A stretch of 63,186 bases of DNA, counting the filler, from Octopus bimaculoides (Eukaryota), in assembly GCF_001194135.2 (NCBI RefSeq). It is 5 parts of 5 records of this genome, joined end to end, with 100 filler letters (N's around TTAATTAATTAA, not from the genome) between each part and the next. Parts side by side here need not be neighbours in the genome. Positions count along the whole stretch, not along the records: positions 16,511 to 46,684 come from NC_068985.1; 4 more parts are not named here. One strand, 5' to 3'. Under the pieces are notes generated by a model. The model did no database searches. It was not told the origin of the DNA and saw only the letters and a program-made list of their open reading frames with translations. The first letter of the stretch is position 1. The number at the start of each line of letters is the position of its first letter. Both the position numbers and the translations under genes were made by a program. Of this stretch, positions 26,899-39,822 are shown piece after piece.

Positions 26899-29800
26899 AT
26901 ATAAACAGACATGTCTATTTCTCAGCAACAGTATCAGTTTAACCATTCTGTGCTTGTTTTGAGGACATATTGTTTTAAGACTTGAAGACTTAAACTATGT
27001 GTTGTCCTTATTTGGAGAGACACATGATCCTAAGACTTTAAAACTTAAAATGTGGCCCTTCTATGCTTAATTTAGTGTCTTGTTGTCTTAAGACCTGAGA
27101 TATGTGGTCCTCGTTTTAAAGTGGAGAGTTGAATGAAAAATGTCTGACCACCTCATAAGCAGATTAAAGTAGTTATGTGAATGCTCAATGAATTTAGGTG
27201 GTGGAAGTGTTGCTGATGAGGATAGTGATGGCGTTGGTGGTGGTGTTGATGGTAGAGGGTGATGTTGGTGATAATGGGAATGTAGGTGTTGGCAGCAGTG
27301 TTAGTATTAGTATTAGTGTTTTTGGTATTATCGTAATGGTATTGTTGTTGTTTAGTCCCAAGTTAACTCTGATATAGCAGACTGAAGATCAAAAGCATTC
27401 CAACATTGATCCTCTTGTCTTTTTTCTAATACCATTTTTTAAGATGGTAGAATAAGGTTTAAAGGATATTGGTTTGATATTTCTAGCTATTCAATCACAG
27501 AGGCACCTTTGTTGGCTCAGTAAAGTTGAAGAGAATACATAGGATTTGAGAGAAAGAAGAGAGAAAGAGAGGGCGGGATAAAAGCAGACACAGATACAGA
27601 AGGGGAGAGAGAGAAGAGAAAACAGACAAAGACAAATAAACAGGAAAATATACAGAGAGAGAGAGGGATGGAATAAGACTGACAAAAGAGATAAGGATTA
27701 AGAGACAAGAAGAAAAAAAACAAGAATCCCTATTCCCTTTCCCTTCACTTTGGTGAGAAATATATCCATGATATAAAGAACAGCAACAACTTCAGCACCT
27801 TCTAGCAACGTTGTGTTACTAGCACTTGTGTACAGAGGACTGTATATTAATGATACAAAACCTTACTCATTTCTTTGCAGGAAAAATAATCAGCATGATA
27901 AGGTACAGGTCACTGCTACATCTGCTCCACCTAATTGTAAATAAGTACCATGGGGTAGTACAATGCAGTGCTGTATCTTCTCCAGTTGTAAATAAGTACT
28001 TTGGTAATGTACAGCTCCCTCCTCATCTAATTATGAATAGGTACCATGGTAAGGTATGATTTACTGTTGTACTCTGTCCACCTAATTGTAATAAGGGACC
28101 ATGATAAATATATGCCATAGTAGAGTACTTTGCAGCCTCACCACCAGCTGTAAAGAAACACACAGGAGAGGCATTGTTTACATAGGTTTAAATAGTTACC
28201 ACGAGGAGGTACACCCAGCTGGCTGTGATGGGATATAATGGATAAGTTATAATAGATATAAACAGCCCCTCAAGCAACAAATAAGTACTATGGCAGGTAC
28301 AGTCCATTCGGGCGTCAATAAGTAGTATGGGAATGTTGAGAGAGTTCTTTAGAATTGACTTGGTTATGAGAAAACAGTGAATTTATGGAATAAAGAGTCT
28401 GAGATAAAATACTATATTTTCCAGCATTTAAGTCAATATAGTATATAGTGTAAACATTGAAACATCATTATTATTTTCCCAAATCCTGCTGTATTCCACA
28501 AGGAATTTTTAGCCCTTTGTCTCTGTGTATAAGTTGTCTCTGTGTATATGTTGTCTCTGTGTATAAGGTGACCTACCTTTTATGGCTGTAAAATTTTGGT
28601 CTGAAAAATTTGACTTGTATGTTTGAAAATATTGAACATTTGTAGGGAAAGTTTTAGTTGGTATAGAGCACTGGTTTTCAACCTTTTGTACTTCAACCCC
28701 TTTCATGGAATGGTGTTTTACAGTCTGTGTTCATGCTTTTGAAAGAGTAAAAAGAAAAAAAAGAATAAACAACAATAATCCAGCAGATTGCTTTGATCAA
28801 ACTGAAGCCTATTTTGCACAGCTGCTTATTGCCCGTGTTTTCTTATAGTATCCTATCCAGCATATACCACTTTTTAGTTACTAATACCCTCTCTGTTAAT
28901 TTTTTATGAAAATTACTGAAGAAGATAAGGACTTATAAACTGAAATTATATCAACCATGGCACACCATCAACCATGTCTCAGCTCACTGATAACATAATG
29001 TTTACACCCAGTTAAGAACCACTGGTATAGTGTTGGGAAAAAAAGGAGTCAAGTAAGGGCAGACTGGTGTGTAAGGGGATTAACAAATAAATAGGTATGA
29101 ATTAACTTGTGAGGGATTACAGTAAGGGGGGGACAACAGCAGTTAGATCAAGTTATACATGTGTATATTGGTGAGTGGGGGATATGGAACAACAGCAATT
29201 AGGTAAGGTAAATAAGAGTAGAACATAGAGTAATAGTAATTAAATCATGATGAATTGGTGTAGACTGTGAGATAACATCAATTAGAATATAGTGAACAGG
29301 TGTGAAGTGTGTGTGTGTGGGGGGGGAATGAATTAAAGTATGGTGAACTTGTGTAGAGTGTCAGGTAGCATAAATTTGAATCTGGTGAAGCGGTGGGAAG
29401 TGTGGGATAATAGTTATAACACCAGTGTGCTACATATATGTAAGAATAATAAAAAAAGAAAAAATCCTTTTGAGGTGAAAACAATAGTAGTATGTCTTTG
29501 ACACTGCAGCAAATGTAACATCAACAACAATAACAATTGACTGAAGAACCCCTGCTTCTAAGCAAGTAGTCAAGACAAACAGATTCAAACAAAACAATAG
29601 GATTATTGGAAAAATTCCATGTGGTTAAAAAAGCATTCGGGGAATGAAGGGAAAAAGAAAAAAAGGGAGCATCACATTGTTAGAGCTAAAAAAAAGACCC
29701 ATAATGGCTGTTATGCCATGGGAATTGATAACAACAAGTCATTGTATGAGACGCAAGAACAGTGACAAAATATCAAAAAGGAATACAATCTCTTTAAAAT

Positions 29801-29991
29801 GAGATCTTTGACAGGGAATGTGACTCAGATCCGTCATACATACAAGAAATACTGGTTCAATTACAGCTTGCTTATCTGGCTCATAGAATTACGGGTTACG
29901 TTAGCAACAGACTGAGACAGTGGTCCACTTTGGTCCACTCAGATCCACTTTGGTCCACTCAGATCCACTTTTGATTTTTGATATATCGTTG

Positions 29992-30047
29992 TTAAAGTTC
30001 AGAATTTTTCCCTCCATTTACTTCTCCTTTGAGTTTTTTTTTTGTAT
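29992..30047 (-). CDS. CNPY4: Canopy homolog terminal coding exon, (D)TKKKLKGEVNGGKNSEL-stop
   Basis: Strong acceptor tcttttttcttctag, phase 1 compatible with the previous exon, TAA at 29992-29994. Ends in an xxEL ER-retrieval-like tetrapeptide, as expected for the family. Confidence 0.82.
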
Positions 30048-31181
30048 CTAGAAGAAAAAAGAATTAGTGAGATCCCAAAGTTTTTCACAGATTAAAAAAA
30101 AAGAAAGAAAAAAAAATTACACTGTAAAACACAATTTTTGTTCTTAGGTAGCAACTATTATTTCCTATTTGCTTACTCCTAGAAAGTATGAAAAATGGCT
30201 AATATTTCCTTCAAACATTGCTTATGTTACATTTATTCAAAGCCCAAAGAATTCCTCTCAACACATGGCTATGATGCTCCCCCACTTCTGCTCCTGCTCA
30301 TCATCAGAGATGCACATATTGTTAGACAGTAAGGGACATGCTCAAGTGGTTATGGTCAAGTAATCAATAAAGTAAATTTGTGGTATTGAGCAGAATATTT
30401 GCTATAATGTTATTTCAGCTTCAGCAACTCAGCTCTGAATCTGTCAGAAATGTAACTGAAAATAGGCTTCAAAGCATTGACATCCCAGGTCACAAAAGCA
30501 AAGTTTGAAGGGAATAGTAGTCATTTCCTTTTCTAGATAGAAGCAAGTAGGACATACCACTTACTGACCAAAGACAGAAAAAAATAAAAAGTTTTGTTAC
30601 ATAGTGTTATATATACATTGTTAGCAACAAAAGCAGTATTAGTTCAGAATAGCATTCTGTATATCTTACTTAATGTGGATATACTACTGTAAAAAGTCAC
30701 ATCACTAGCATTTATCTTTTTAGCACTTATAGATCTATACCAGATGCTTTCTCAAGACAAATATCACAGCAGTTTTCAAGTACATCAACACTAAGACACA
30801 GATTATGTAGGACCTTGGCACACCTTCAGCTCACTGATGATACAATATCTAAACCAGGTTTTAAGAGTGGTCTCTAAACTATCTCCTATTCTTTTGTCAA
30901 TTATCCCACTTTCTTGGAATTCTCCAATATTTGTTTCCTGATCTCACTCTTTTCTGCCTGTCCTATTCTGCCTCAACTTTCCTTCCAGGCACCTCATCCC
31001 TATTCTGTGCCTCAACTTCTCTATTAACAGTTTACATGCCCTTCTCTTGACATTCAAGCTGATCCATCTTTGCAGGCATTGGACTGAGTGGTCAACCAAA
31101 GGTGGGCACAACTCAGTGAATGTTATGGTTACACAAAATATGAAACATTGTTTTACAAAGGAAATGTCATATTTACATAAT

Positions 31182-31589
31182 GCAAGTGTGGCTGTGTGGT
31201 AAGAAGCTTACTTCCCAACCGCATGGTTCCGGATTCAGTCCCACTGCATGGCACCTTGGGCAAGTGTTGTCTACTTTAGCCACAGGCTAACCAAAGCCTT
31301 GTGAGTGGATTTGGTAGACAGAAACTGAAAGAAGCCCGTTGTATATACGTATACATATTTATGTATGTGCATGTGTCTGTCTTTGTCCCCACTGCCATCA
31401 CTTGACAACCAATGCTGATGTGTTTATGTCCCCATAACTTAGTAGTTCAGCAAAAGAGTCTGATAGAATAAGTACTAGGCATACAAAGAATAAGTCCTGG
31501 GGTCAATTTCTTCGACTAAAACCATTTAAATCAGTGCTCCAGCATGGCTGCAGTCAAATGACTGAAACAAGTAAAAGAATAAAAGAATA
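31182..31589 (+). mobile_element. Same SINE family
   Basis: Collinear with 1878-2284. Confidence 0.85.
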
Positions 31590-31917
31590 ACAGACTGAAA
31601 CAGTTGTATATCAAGGACTGCATTATTTAATGATCCTTTATTTTCTTTTTTACAACAGCAGGGTAATAAGCAGAAAAAGATTTGGTTGCTATTTCTAGCA
31701 GATCACATGAGAATGTTGTCTCAGTCATTGGCTCATATATTTCATCTGGTCATATCCACAAGAAAAACTGAACTCAGTAGTATTTCAATGAATTATTTAG
31801 TGAACTACACCACACTGTGATACTTACAGCTTCAAGCACCAATGTGAGAGCCTCTATGCAATTGATTGCCATACTAGAAATAGCAGCCAAACCTCTCTCA
31901 GATCACATTCTACTATC

Positions 31918-33455
31918 ATGATCATGATCATCGTTTAACGTCCGCTTTCCATGCTAGCATGGGTTGGACGATTTGACTGAGGACTGGCGAACCAGATGGC
32001 TGCACCAGGCTCCTATCTGATCTGGCAGAGTTTCTACAGCTGGATGCCCTTCCTAACGCCAACCACTCCGAGAGTGTAGTGGGTGCTTTTATGTGCCACC
32101 GGCAAAAGGGCCAGTCAGGCGGTACTGGCAATGGCCATGCTCAAATGGTGTTTTTTATGTGCCACCTGCACAGGAGCCGGTCCAGCGGCACTGGCAATGA
32201 TCTTGCTTGAATGTTTTTTCACGTGCTACCGACACAAGTGCCAGTAAGGCGACGCTAGTAACGATCACGCTCAAATGGTGCTATTTACGTGACACCAGCA
32301 TGGAAGCCAGACAGCTGCTCTGGCAATGATCACGCTCAGACGGTGCTGTTAGTGCTCCACTGGCATGGGCGCCAGTCATCGAATTTGGTTCAATTACGAT
32401 TTCGATTTCACTTGCCCCAACAGGTCTTTGCAAGTAGAGTTTAGTGTCCAATGAAGGAAAGGTTGGCATGGGAGTCGTTGAATTTGGTTCGATTTCGATT
32501 TCACTTGCCTCAACAGGTCTTCGCAAGCAGAGTTTAGTGTCCAATGAAGTAAAAGTGCAAATAAGTGGGCTGGCTACACCCCTGGCAGAGGCCACAGATT
32601 ATGGTCTCACTTGGCTTGCTGGGTCTTCTCAAGCACAGCATATTTCCAAAGGTCTCAGTCACTAGTCATTACCTCGGTAAGGCCTAATGTTCGAAGGTCA
32701 TGCTTCACTACCTCATCCCAGGTCTCCCTGGGTCTACCTCTTCCACAGGTTCCCTCAACCGATAGCATGTAGCACTTTTTCACACAGCTATCCTCATCCA
32801 TTCTTGCCACATGACCATACCAGCGCAATCATCTCTCTTGTACACCACAACTGATGCATCTTAGGTTCAACTTTTCTCTCAAGGTACTTACACTCTGTCG
32901 AGTATGCACACTGACATTATACATCCATCGGAGCATACTGGCTTCATTTCTTGCGAGCTTACACATGTCCTCAGCAGTCATGGCCCATGTTTCACTGCTA
33001 TGTAGCATGGCTGTGCGTACACATGTGTTATACAGTCTGCCTTTTACTCTGAGCGAGAGGCCCTTTGACACCAGCAGAGGTAAGAGCTCTCTGAACTTTG
33101 CCCAGGCTATTCTTATTCTAGCAGCTACACTTTCAGCGCATCCCCCACCCGTGCTACTGACTTGGTCACCTAGGTAACGGAAGCTTTCAACTACTTTTAG
33201 TTTTTCTCCCTGGAATGTGGCAAAAGTTGTTCTCTACACATTTTCAGTGTTTATTGCTCCTGTACATCTGCCACATACAAAAACTATCTTCCCAGTTAGC
33301 CTTCCTTTGATATTGTTGCACCTCTTATGTGTCCATAGCTTACACTGGGTACATCTTATAGAGTTTCTACCTACGCCTTTTCTACAGATCGAGCAGGGCC
33401 ATCTACCTGAAGGGGTTTGTGGTTTGTCTACCTTCCTACTTATTAGGACTTTGGT
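31918..33455 (-). mobile_element. 5'-truncated RTE-type LINE with Cys-rich insert, repetitive 3' UTR and (GAT)n tail
   Basis: PCSICRKGVGRNSIRCTQC, FRYLG, KGRLYNTCVRTAMLHSSETW, RWYGHV and GRGRPR remnants, internal tandem repeats at 32050-32550, tail at 31918-31935. Confidence 0.9.
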
Positions 33456-33604
33456 TGAAAAACCAGGATGGTCACAGCAGGAAAGCTTTTAATTATAGAT
33501 GAGCTTACCGGGGATAGGCAGATCTCTGAAAACAAAAACAAGGTGCTGTACAGTGGAACTAAACCTAAGACAACATGGTTGTTTAAGTAAGCTTCTTAAG
33601 TACA

Positions 33605-33870
33605 TTACATATTTTGTAGTCTAGCTGACCATTGGGGTACCACTGATGACTTTGCGACCAGATCCCTCCACCTGTCTCTGTCTTCTGCCTCTCCCATCTT
33701 TAGGCCTGTCCACTCACAGATGTTGTTTTCCCACCTCTTTCTCTGCCTGCCTCTGCATCTGCCACATTCGACTGTTCCCTGAAGGATTGTTTTGGCCATC
33801 CCTTTGAGCGGGTGACATGCCCAAACCATCTGAGCTTGTGATTCTTTACTGTGGTTGTACACAGCCAAAA
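33605..33870 (-). mobile_element. 3' fragment of a second RTE-like LINE
   Basis: KLRWFGHVTR, KTILQGTVECGRCRGRQRKRW and DRDRWRDLV. Confidence 0.8.
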
Positions 33871-34453
33871 ACAAGCCAAAAAAAAAACCCCAAAATAACA
33901 AAACAAGACGGTCATAACTGGAATGGTTTTGACCGCAGTTCTACTGAATCAGAACTGATCTTAAAACAACAATGACTAAACAATTTTTACCAAATATTTC
34001 CCTACACATGCATATTGTATCTTAGTGCTCCAGTTCAAATTTGGGGTTTTCATTTATATGAGATCAAGAAAATATTCAGAATAATTTCTGACATGTTCAA
34101 AGGACAGTTTAAAAAAAATCAAACATTACCTTGTAAAATCATGTGATCATGTGCCTGACCAGACTATCAGATATTGTTACACATCGCTGGTCACAATATG
34201 CTTTGCATCATTTTAGCCTTCAGTGATGCCACCCTGATGGCTAGGCAAGCAGGCCAATGTTCCCCACTGCTTGAAAGAGGGACTGGAGCAATGTAAAATG
34301 AAGTGTTTTGCTCAAGAACACAATGTACTGTCCAGTTTGGAAACTGAACCCACAATCTGTCGATTGTGAATGCAACAGCCTAACCACTAGGCCATATGCC
34401 TTCACATCTGGTAAAATATAAAATGAAAATATGAAATAGGAATTCATACTCAC

Positions 34454-34483
34454 CCTGGCTTTGATCTGTCTCTGCCAAGCAGC
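34454..34483 (-). CDS. CNPY4: Canopy homolog 30-nt exon, (G)CLAETDQSQ
   Basis: Acceptor tctcttttaatag, donor GTGAGT, phase 1 to 1. Supplies the last conserved Cys at the same spacing as CNPY4 VLPAAETACL. Confidence 0.88.
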
Positions 34484-35538
34484 CTATTAAAAGAGATAAT
34501 TATTCTGAGGTTAATAAACGTATTTTATTTAGGCACAAGGTCAGCAATTTTAAGGGGATAAGTTAGTTGAAAAACATCAACTCTGGTAATAGACTGGTAT
34601 TATTTTACTGGCTGCAAAGGGATGAAAGGTACAACTGACCTCAGTGGGGTTCAAACCTATAGAGTTGGAACAAATGACACAAGCATTTTTCTGACGTGCT
34701 AACAATTCTGCCATTATTATTTCCTAATTCTTCAGAAATGTATGTATGATTTACATAGTTATAGTTTGTTTTTTTTACCTAACACCTAATCATATTGTTT
34801 TCTTTTACACAAGGTCAAGGAGGTATATGTATGTAACAGCAGTTCTATTCTAGAGCCTCTTTTGGTCATGGATCTGGAAAGTCCCTTGCTATGATGTAAA
34901 CCAATTTGTTTTTGTGTATGTGTGTGTGAAAGACTCCCTCTTCACACAACTGTTGACATCCAAGAGAAAGGCAAATCTGATAGAATTTGGCACCAATGTT
35001 CATTTACCACAAGCAGGATGAACCTCACTATCAACCAAATTTACCATGAAGATTAACCCACCAACTTTACCAAAGGAAGATCGGTAATCTTTCTCTGTCT
35101 GGTGGTTATGAAACAGTAAATGATGTGATGGATGTTTTAGTTGTATTTCTGTTCCTGCAAACAGAGTAGAAGGTACAAGACTGTATCTTTGATAGGTGAA
35201 GTGTATAGTGACTGGGTTTTGGTGCTGTTCAAAGAAACAAGGTTGTCATGGTTCATTTGAGAATGCACGTGAAATTTCTTCTATTTATGGGGACAGCGTA
35301 TGTCTGGCATGGAGCATCAAGGTTATTGCATGTGGATGATATCAGTATGTGTAAGGTTAAGAAGTAATAACAGCTAGTAACGTTTCCATAAGAGAGTATG
35401 TGAGTGTGGGAGTTCTTATTAAATAACAGCATGTAAGTCATTAATGTAGAAAAGAAAACAGTGTGGAATATATACCAAGACTTAGTGAACAGCACACTTG
35501 ACTGAGATATTACCCACTAGGTTAACATGCAAAACAAT

Positions 35539-35580
<42 letters not shown>

Positions 35581-35738
35581 NNNNNNNNNNNNNNNNNNNN
35601 NNNNNNNNNNNNNNNNNNNNNNNNNNNNNNNNNNNNNNNNNNNNNNNNNNNNNNNNNNNNNNNNNNNNNNNNNNNNNNNNTATACACACACACACACACA
35701 CACACATGTATATAAAGAGTGTGTAGTGTTATATAAGT

Positions 35739-35986
35739 AATATTTCAAAAATTTAACAAAAACACAGCAAATAGAAAATTTAACAAAATATAACAAACAG
35801 AAAATTCATAGCTATTTCCTCATCAGTCAATGTCCAAAAGAACCGTAGAATTTTGCAACATTAAAAGGCATGAAACTATAAGGATCTTTTGGACATTGAC
35901 TGATAAGGAATTAGCTACAAATTACCTGTTTGTTATGCTTTATTAAATTTTCCATTTGCTGTGTTTTTGCTAAATTTTTTAAATAT
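35739..35986. repeat. Long imperfect palindrome (about 110-bp arms, about 27-nt spacer)
   Basis: 35739-35848 is the reverse complement of 35875-35986 with scattered mismatches. Confidence 0.85.
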
Positions 35987-36380
35987 ATAAATATTTATCA
36001 TCATCATCATTGTTTAACATCCATCTTCCATGCATGCATGGGTAAGACAGTTGACATAGCCGGCCAGATAGAAAAACGACCCTAGGCTACTGTGTCTGTT
36101 TTGGCAGGGTTTTATGGCTGGATGTCCTTCCTAACACCAACCACTCTGCAGAGTGGACTCAGTGCTTTTTACATGGTGCTAGTACAGGCGAGGTTAGTTT
36201 AGGCATGATTTTTACAGCTGGATGTATGTATATATGTATATATATATATATATGTGTATATAAGGCAGACAAACAAGAATAACAATAACATTATAGCAAT
36301 CAGTATACAGCGACTGGCACACAGAAGATTGATTCAATAACCACTGCTACAATAACAAATGCTATCCAAAACAACATTAC

Positions 36381-36501
36381 CAGATTCAGTTGGCAAGAGG
36401 ACTATGTCTTTACAGAGATATTCCTGTAGGGACTGAGTTGTCTGATGTCCAAAATACCAATCTTCAATATCAGTTTCATGGTCTTCCACTAGACGGATAC
36501 A
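36381..36501 (-). CDS. CNPY4: Canopy homolog exon, CIRLVEDHETDIEDWYFGHQTTQSLQEYLCKDIVLLPTES
   Basis: 121 nt, acceptor ttcccaacag, donor GTAATG, phase 0 to 1. Carries saposin-like Cys residues and the DWY motif (CNPY4 CETMLEEFEDIVGDWYFHHQ...FLC). Confidence 0.95.
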
Positions 36502-36639
36502 CTGTTGGGAAGTAACCAGAAAATGGCATAAGAAACACAATGTAACATACAACAATATGAGGAGGGGAGAGAAAAAAAACTAAGTTTCTCTAGATAATGT
36601 CATTATTTGCTAGATGGAAATAGACAAAATATTCTTAAT

Positions 36640-36779
36640 CAAGAAGCTTACTTCTCAACTACATGGTTCCGGGTTCAGACCCGTTGCATGGCACCTTGGG
36701 CAAGTGTCTTCTACTATAGCCTTGGGCCAACCAAAGCTTATAAGTGAATTTGGTAGACAGAAACTGAAAGAAGCCTATC

Positions 36780-36831
<52 letters not shown>

Positions 36832-37039
36832 TTGTATGTGTGTGTGTCTGTGTTTGTCCTCCTGACATCACTTGACAACCGATGTTGGTGTGTTTACATC
36901 CCTGAAACTTAACAGCTCGGTAAAAGAGACCGATAGAATAAGTACTAGGCATACAAAGAATAAGTCCTAGGGTTGATTTCTTTGACTAAAGGTGGTGCTC
37001 CAGCATGGCTGCAGTCAAATGACTGAAACAAGTAAAAGA
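36640..37039 (+). mobile_element. Same SINE family
   Basis: Collinear with 1878-2284. Confidence 0.85.
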
Positions 37040-38384
37040 AAGCCCACAATTTCACATTAACACAGTTCTTACCCTATGAGGCTAACCGCAACACCAGTAC
37101 TTGTCCTGGCACTGATTTTCTATATATCATTAGTGGGAAGATAAGTCTCTGTTATCTCTAGCGGTCAAGCATCCCTCATTGACGAGACCAAGGAAAGTTG
37201 AAATTATGTGATCTGGTGGTTTCAGCACTGGAGATGGTGGGGATTTATTTCCCTGCTAGTTTAAGTAGGGGTAAGTAATTCTTACCTAGGCATACATTGG
37301 TTAGCATTATTTTTTAGTGCCTAATCACTGAACACAATTGTACTCAGCATCTCTCCCATAACTTGATTAATATTACTTTTGCCTTGCTACAGGAATAGCT
37401 CTGTGGTTAACAAGTTTACTTGTTAACCACATGGTTTTGGGTTCAGTTCTACTGCATGGAACCTAAGGCAAATACCTTAGGCTGAAACTGAAAAAAAAGC
37501 CCTTCATATGTTATATTTGTGAGTGTAGTGTATGTGTGTGTATTTGTGTCTCCTTGTCTAGCCATCACATGACAGTTGTAAATGAGTGTCACCTTCATAC
37601 AAGCAGTGTCATCATTTCCAATATTCTGCACAAACATGTCTGGCCATGGTGAACATTACCTTGCTTGGAAACAGGTGAAGGTTTGTGACAGGAAGGGCAT
37701 CTGGCTATAGACAATTTGCTTCAACAAACTCCATCCAACCCATGCAGACATGTATGTTTTGATACTTTATCTTTTAAATGTTTGCTGTGTTGAATGTAGT
37801 GATACTTAATTATTGCTTATCATGTGGATCAAATTTAAAATTTTTATATAATTTTTTTTTAAATGGTTCATTTATATTTTCCCAATAAATATAAAGTTGA
37901 TAATCCTACATCCAAAGCACTTGGGATTGGAAGTGTTTTACATTTCAGATTACTTTTTGCTGCCTTTTGAAATCATTGTATATTTGCATCTATGAAATGG
38001 AACATGTTATCCATTATATTTTATAATACAACTTATAATACATACAACATAAACAGAGTTCTGTATAAATACAGCTTGATCAGTTACACACAACATTTAA
38101 CAGTTTTCTTTTGGCAACTTTCACTCCTCATCCCAATAAATCTATTATACTTTAACTTCAGCTTGTCAAGTATATAAAGAAACCATATGTCACTATGTCA
38201 CTTTTGCTTTTTATGCTTCAATTTTATGTTCACCTACGATAAATAACCCTGGTTCTTTAAAAGAAAGAAAGAAAAAAAGCCTTTTTTAGCACTTTCAAGA
38301 GTTTTCACTTGGAAAATTTTGGATTTTAAAGGTTTTCAGATAAAAGATTATCAACAATAGAGATATATTAATTCAGTCATCTCT

Positions 38385-38790
38385 GTATGTGTATATGCAG
38401 AAAGCTATATCTCAAACTGTGGAGGGAACCTGTAGAAGAGGTAAACTCAGGAAGACGTGGAATGAGGTGGTGGAATATGATCCTTGGATGCTGAGCCTCA
38501 CAGAGGTGATGACAAGGGACCACACCTTTTGGCAACTTGCTGTGTTTGAGAAGACATGTCAAGTTAAGTGAAAGCATAGTCATGGCCAGTGACACATGAA
38601 AGGCACCCATGCTGGTGACATGTAGGAGGCACCTGTGCCGGTGAAACGTAAGAGACACCCAGTACACTGTGGTGTGGTTAGTGTTAGCCACAGAAGCCAA
38701 GCCAAAATGGACTGGAGCCTGGTGCAGCTCTCTGGTTTACCATCCCCAGTCAAACCATCTTACCCATGCCAGCATGGAAAACATGCTAAA
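38385..38790 (+). mobile_element. RTE LINE 3' fragment
   Basis: VEGTCRRGKLRKTWNEVV...AVFEKT, followed by the same 3' UTR as the 31918 element. Confidence 0.8.
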
Positions 38791-39822
38791 TGATTACGTG
38801 ACTCTCCTATATGTTGAATTTCTGTGACTGTTGCCTCAGAGAGTGTATAACCATGATTACCATCTAGTAAGAATAAGAAACTTCACTTCTTGGTTTGGTT
38901 ACAATTTTTTTATTCAATATAAAGTAATTTCTCACTAGCTGTACTTCTTGGTGATGTTCTATATTACTCTCTCTTGCTCTTTCTTATAAAATAATTACAA
39001 TATTTTTAATATTTAGCATTTGTCTTCTATGTAATCATAGACAGGCTGTTTCAAAATTTCTGTTTCCTCATCAGTGTAAAGCAATTCCATATGTTAATGT
39101 ATATATTTGATAGTTCGTGTTTGAAAATCATGCAGATATTTCCTTCTGGAACTACTTATGAGATAATCGAAATTTTGAAGCAAATCTGTCATTACAAAGA
39201 AGGTAACTGCTAAATATTAAAAATATAACATTTTTTAACTGTTTTATAAGCGAGAGAGAGATAGAGCAATATAAAACATTGTCAACAAATAATCTTCCAT
39301 GAAAAGAAGCCACTGAGAAATGAATTTGTATATTAATTTAGCAATTTGTTTTGCTGAATCTTTGTTGAGTTTTAATGAACCAATGATTGTACCGTGGTTG
39401 TTCTAAAAAGTTAATTACCTCTTCCTCTATAACGTTACAAGATTGTTTCAATTCATTTTGAAAACAATGAAGAATTTACAGGGATTTAATATAATAAATT
39501 TTTAATTAACATGCTTATAATATAACTTAGCCAAAAAGTGTTAAGTATATAACTTTATAAAGGTTCTTGTACAAAATTATGATGGAATGCTATTATAATT
39601 TACTAATACAAATGTTTTAAAGTATGAGGTTATGCATCACAAAACTAGCTGCTAGTGTTATCTCCCTTCGCACTGGAAACTAAACTGTTAATTTGCCACC
39701 TTTGATGGTATATCACAGTTTACAGTCACAAATGTAGCGCAAACAAATTCAAAGATATAAGCTCCAGCAATGCAACAAGCAATCAGTGAATGATAAAACC
39801 TGAAGTGACAATGTTTACTCAC

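Noticed and set aside
27918-28310. Repeat-spacer-like periodicity suggesting CRISPR
   Set aside because: Eukaryotic context, highly degenerate repeats, irregular spacing and no cas genes.
28916-28955. CTGAAGA...GAAA...ATC hammerhead-like match (similar partial matches at 2414, 41616 and in LINE tails at 21930 and 31977)
   Set aside because: Stem I or stem II cannot form, or GAAA is misplaced. Expected by chance in AT-rich DNA.
35200-35480. Weak mariner N-terminal-like peptide (AREISSIYGDS)
   Set aside because: Too degraded, with no TIR or catalytic motif visible.
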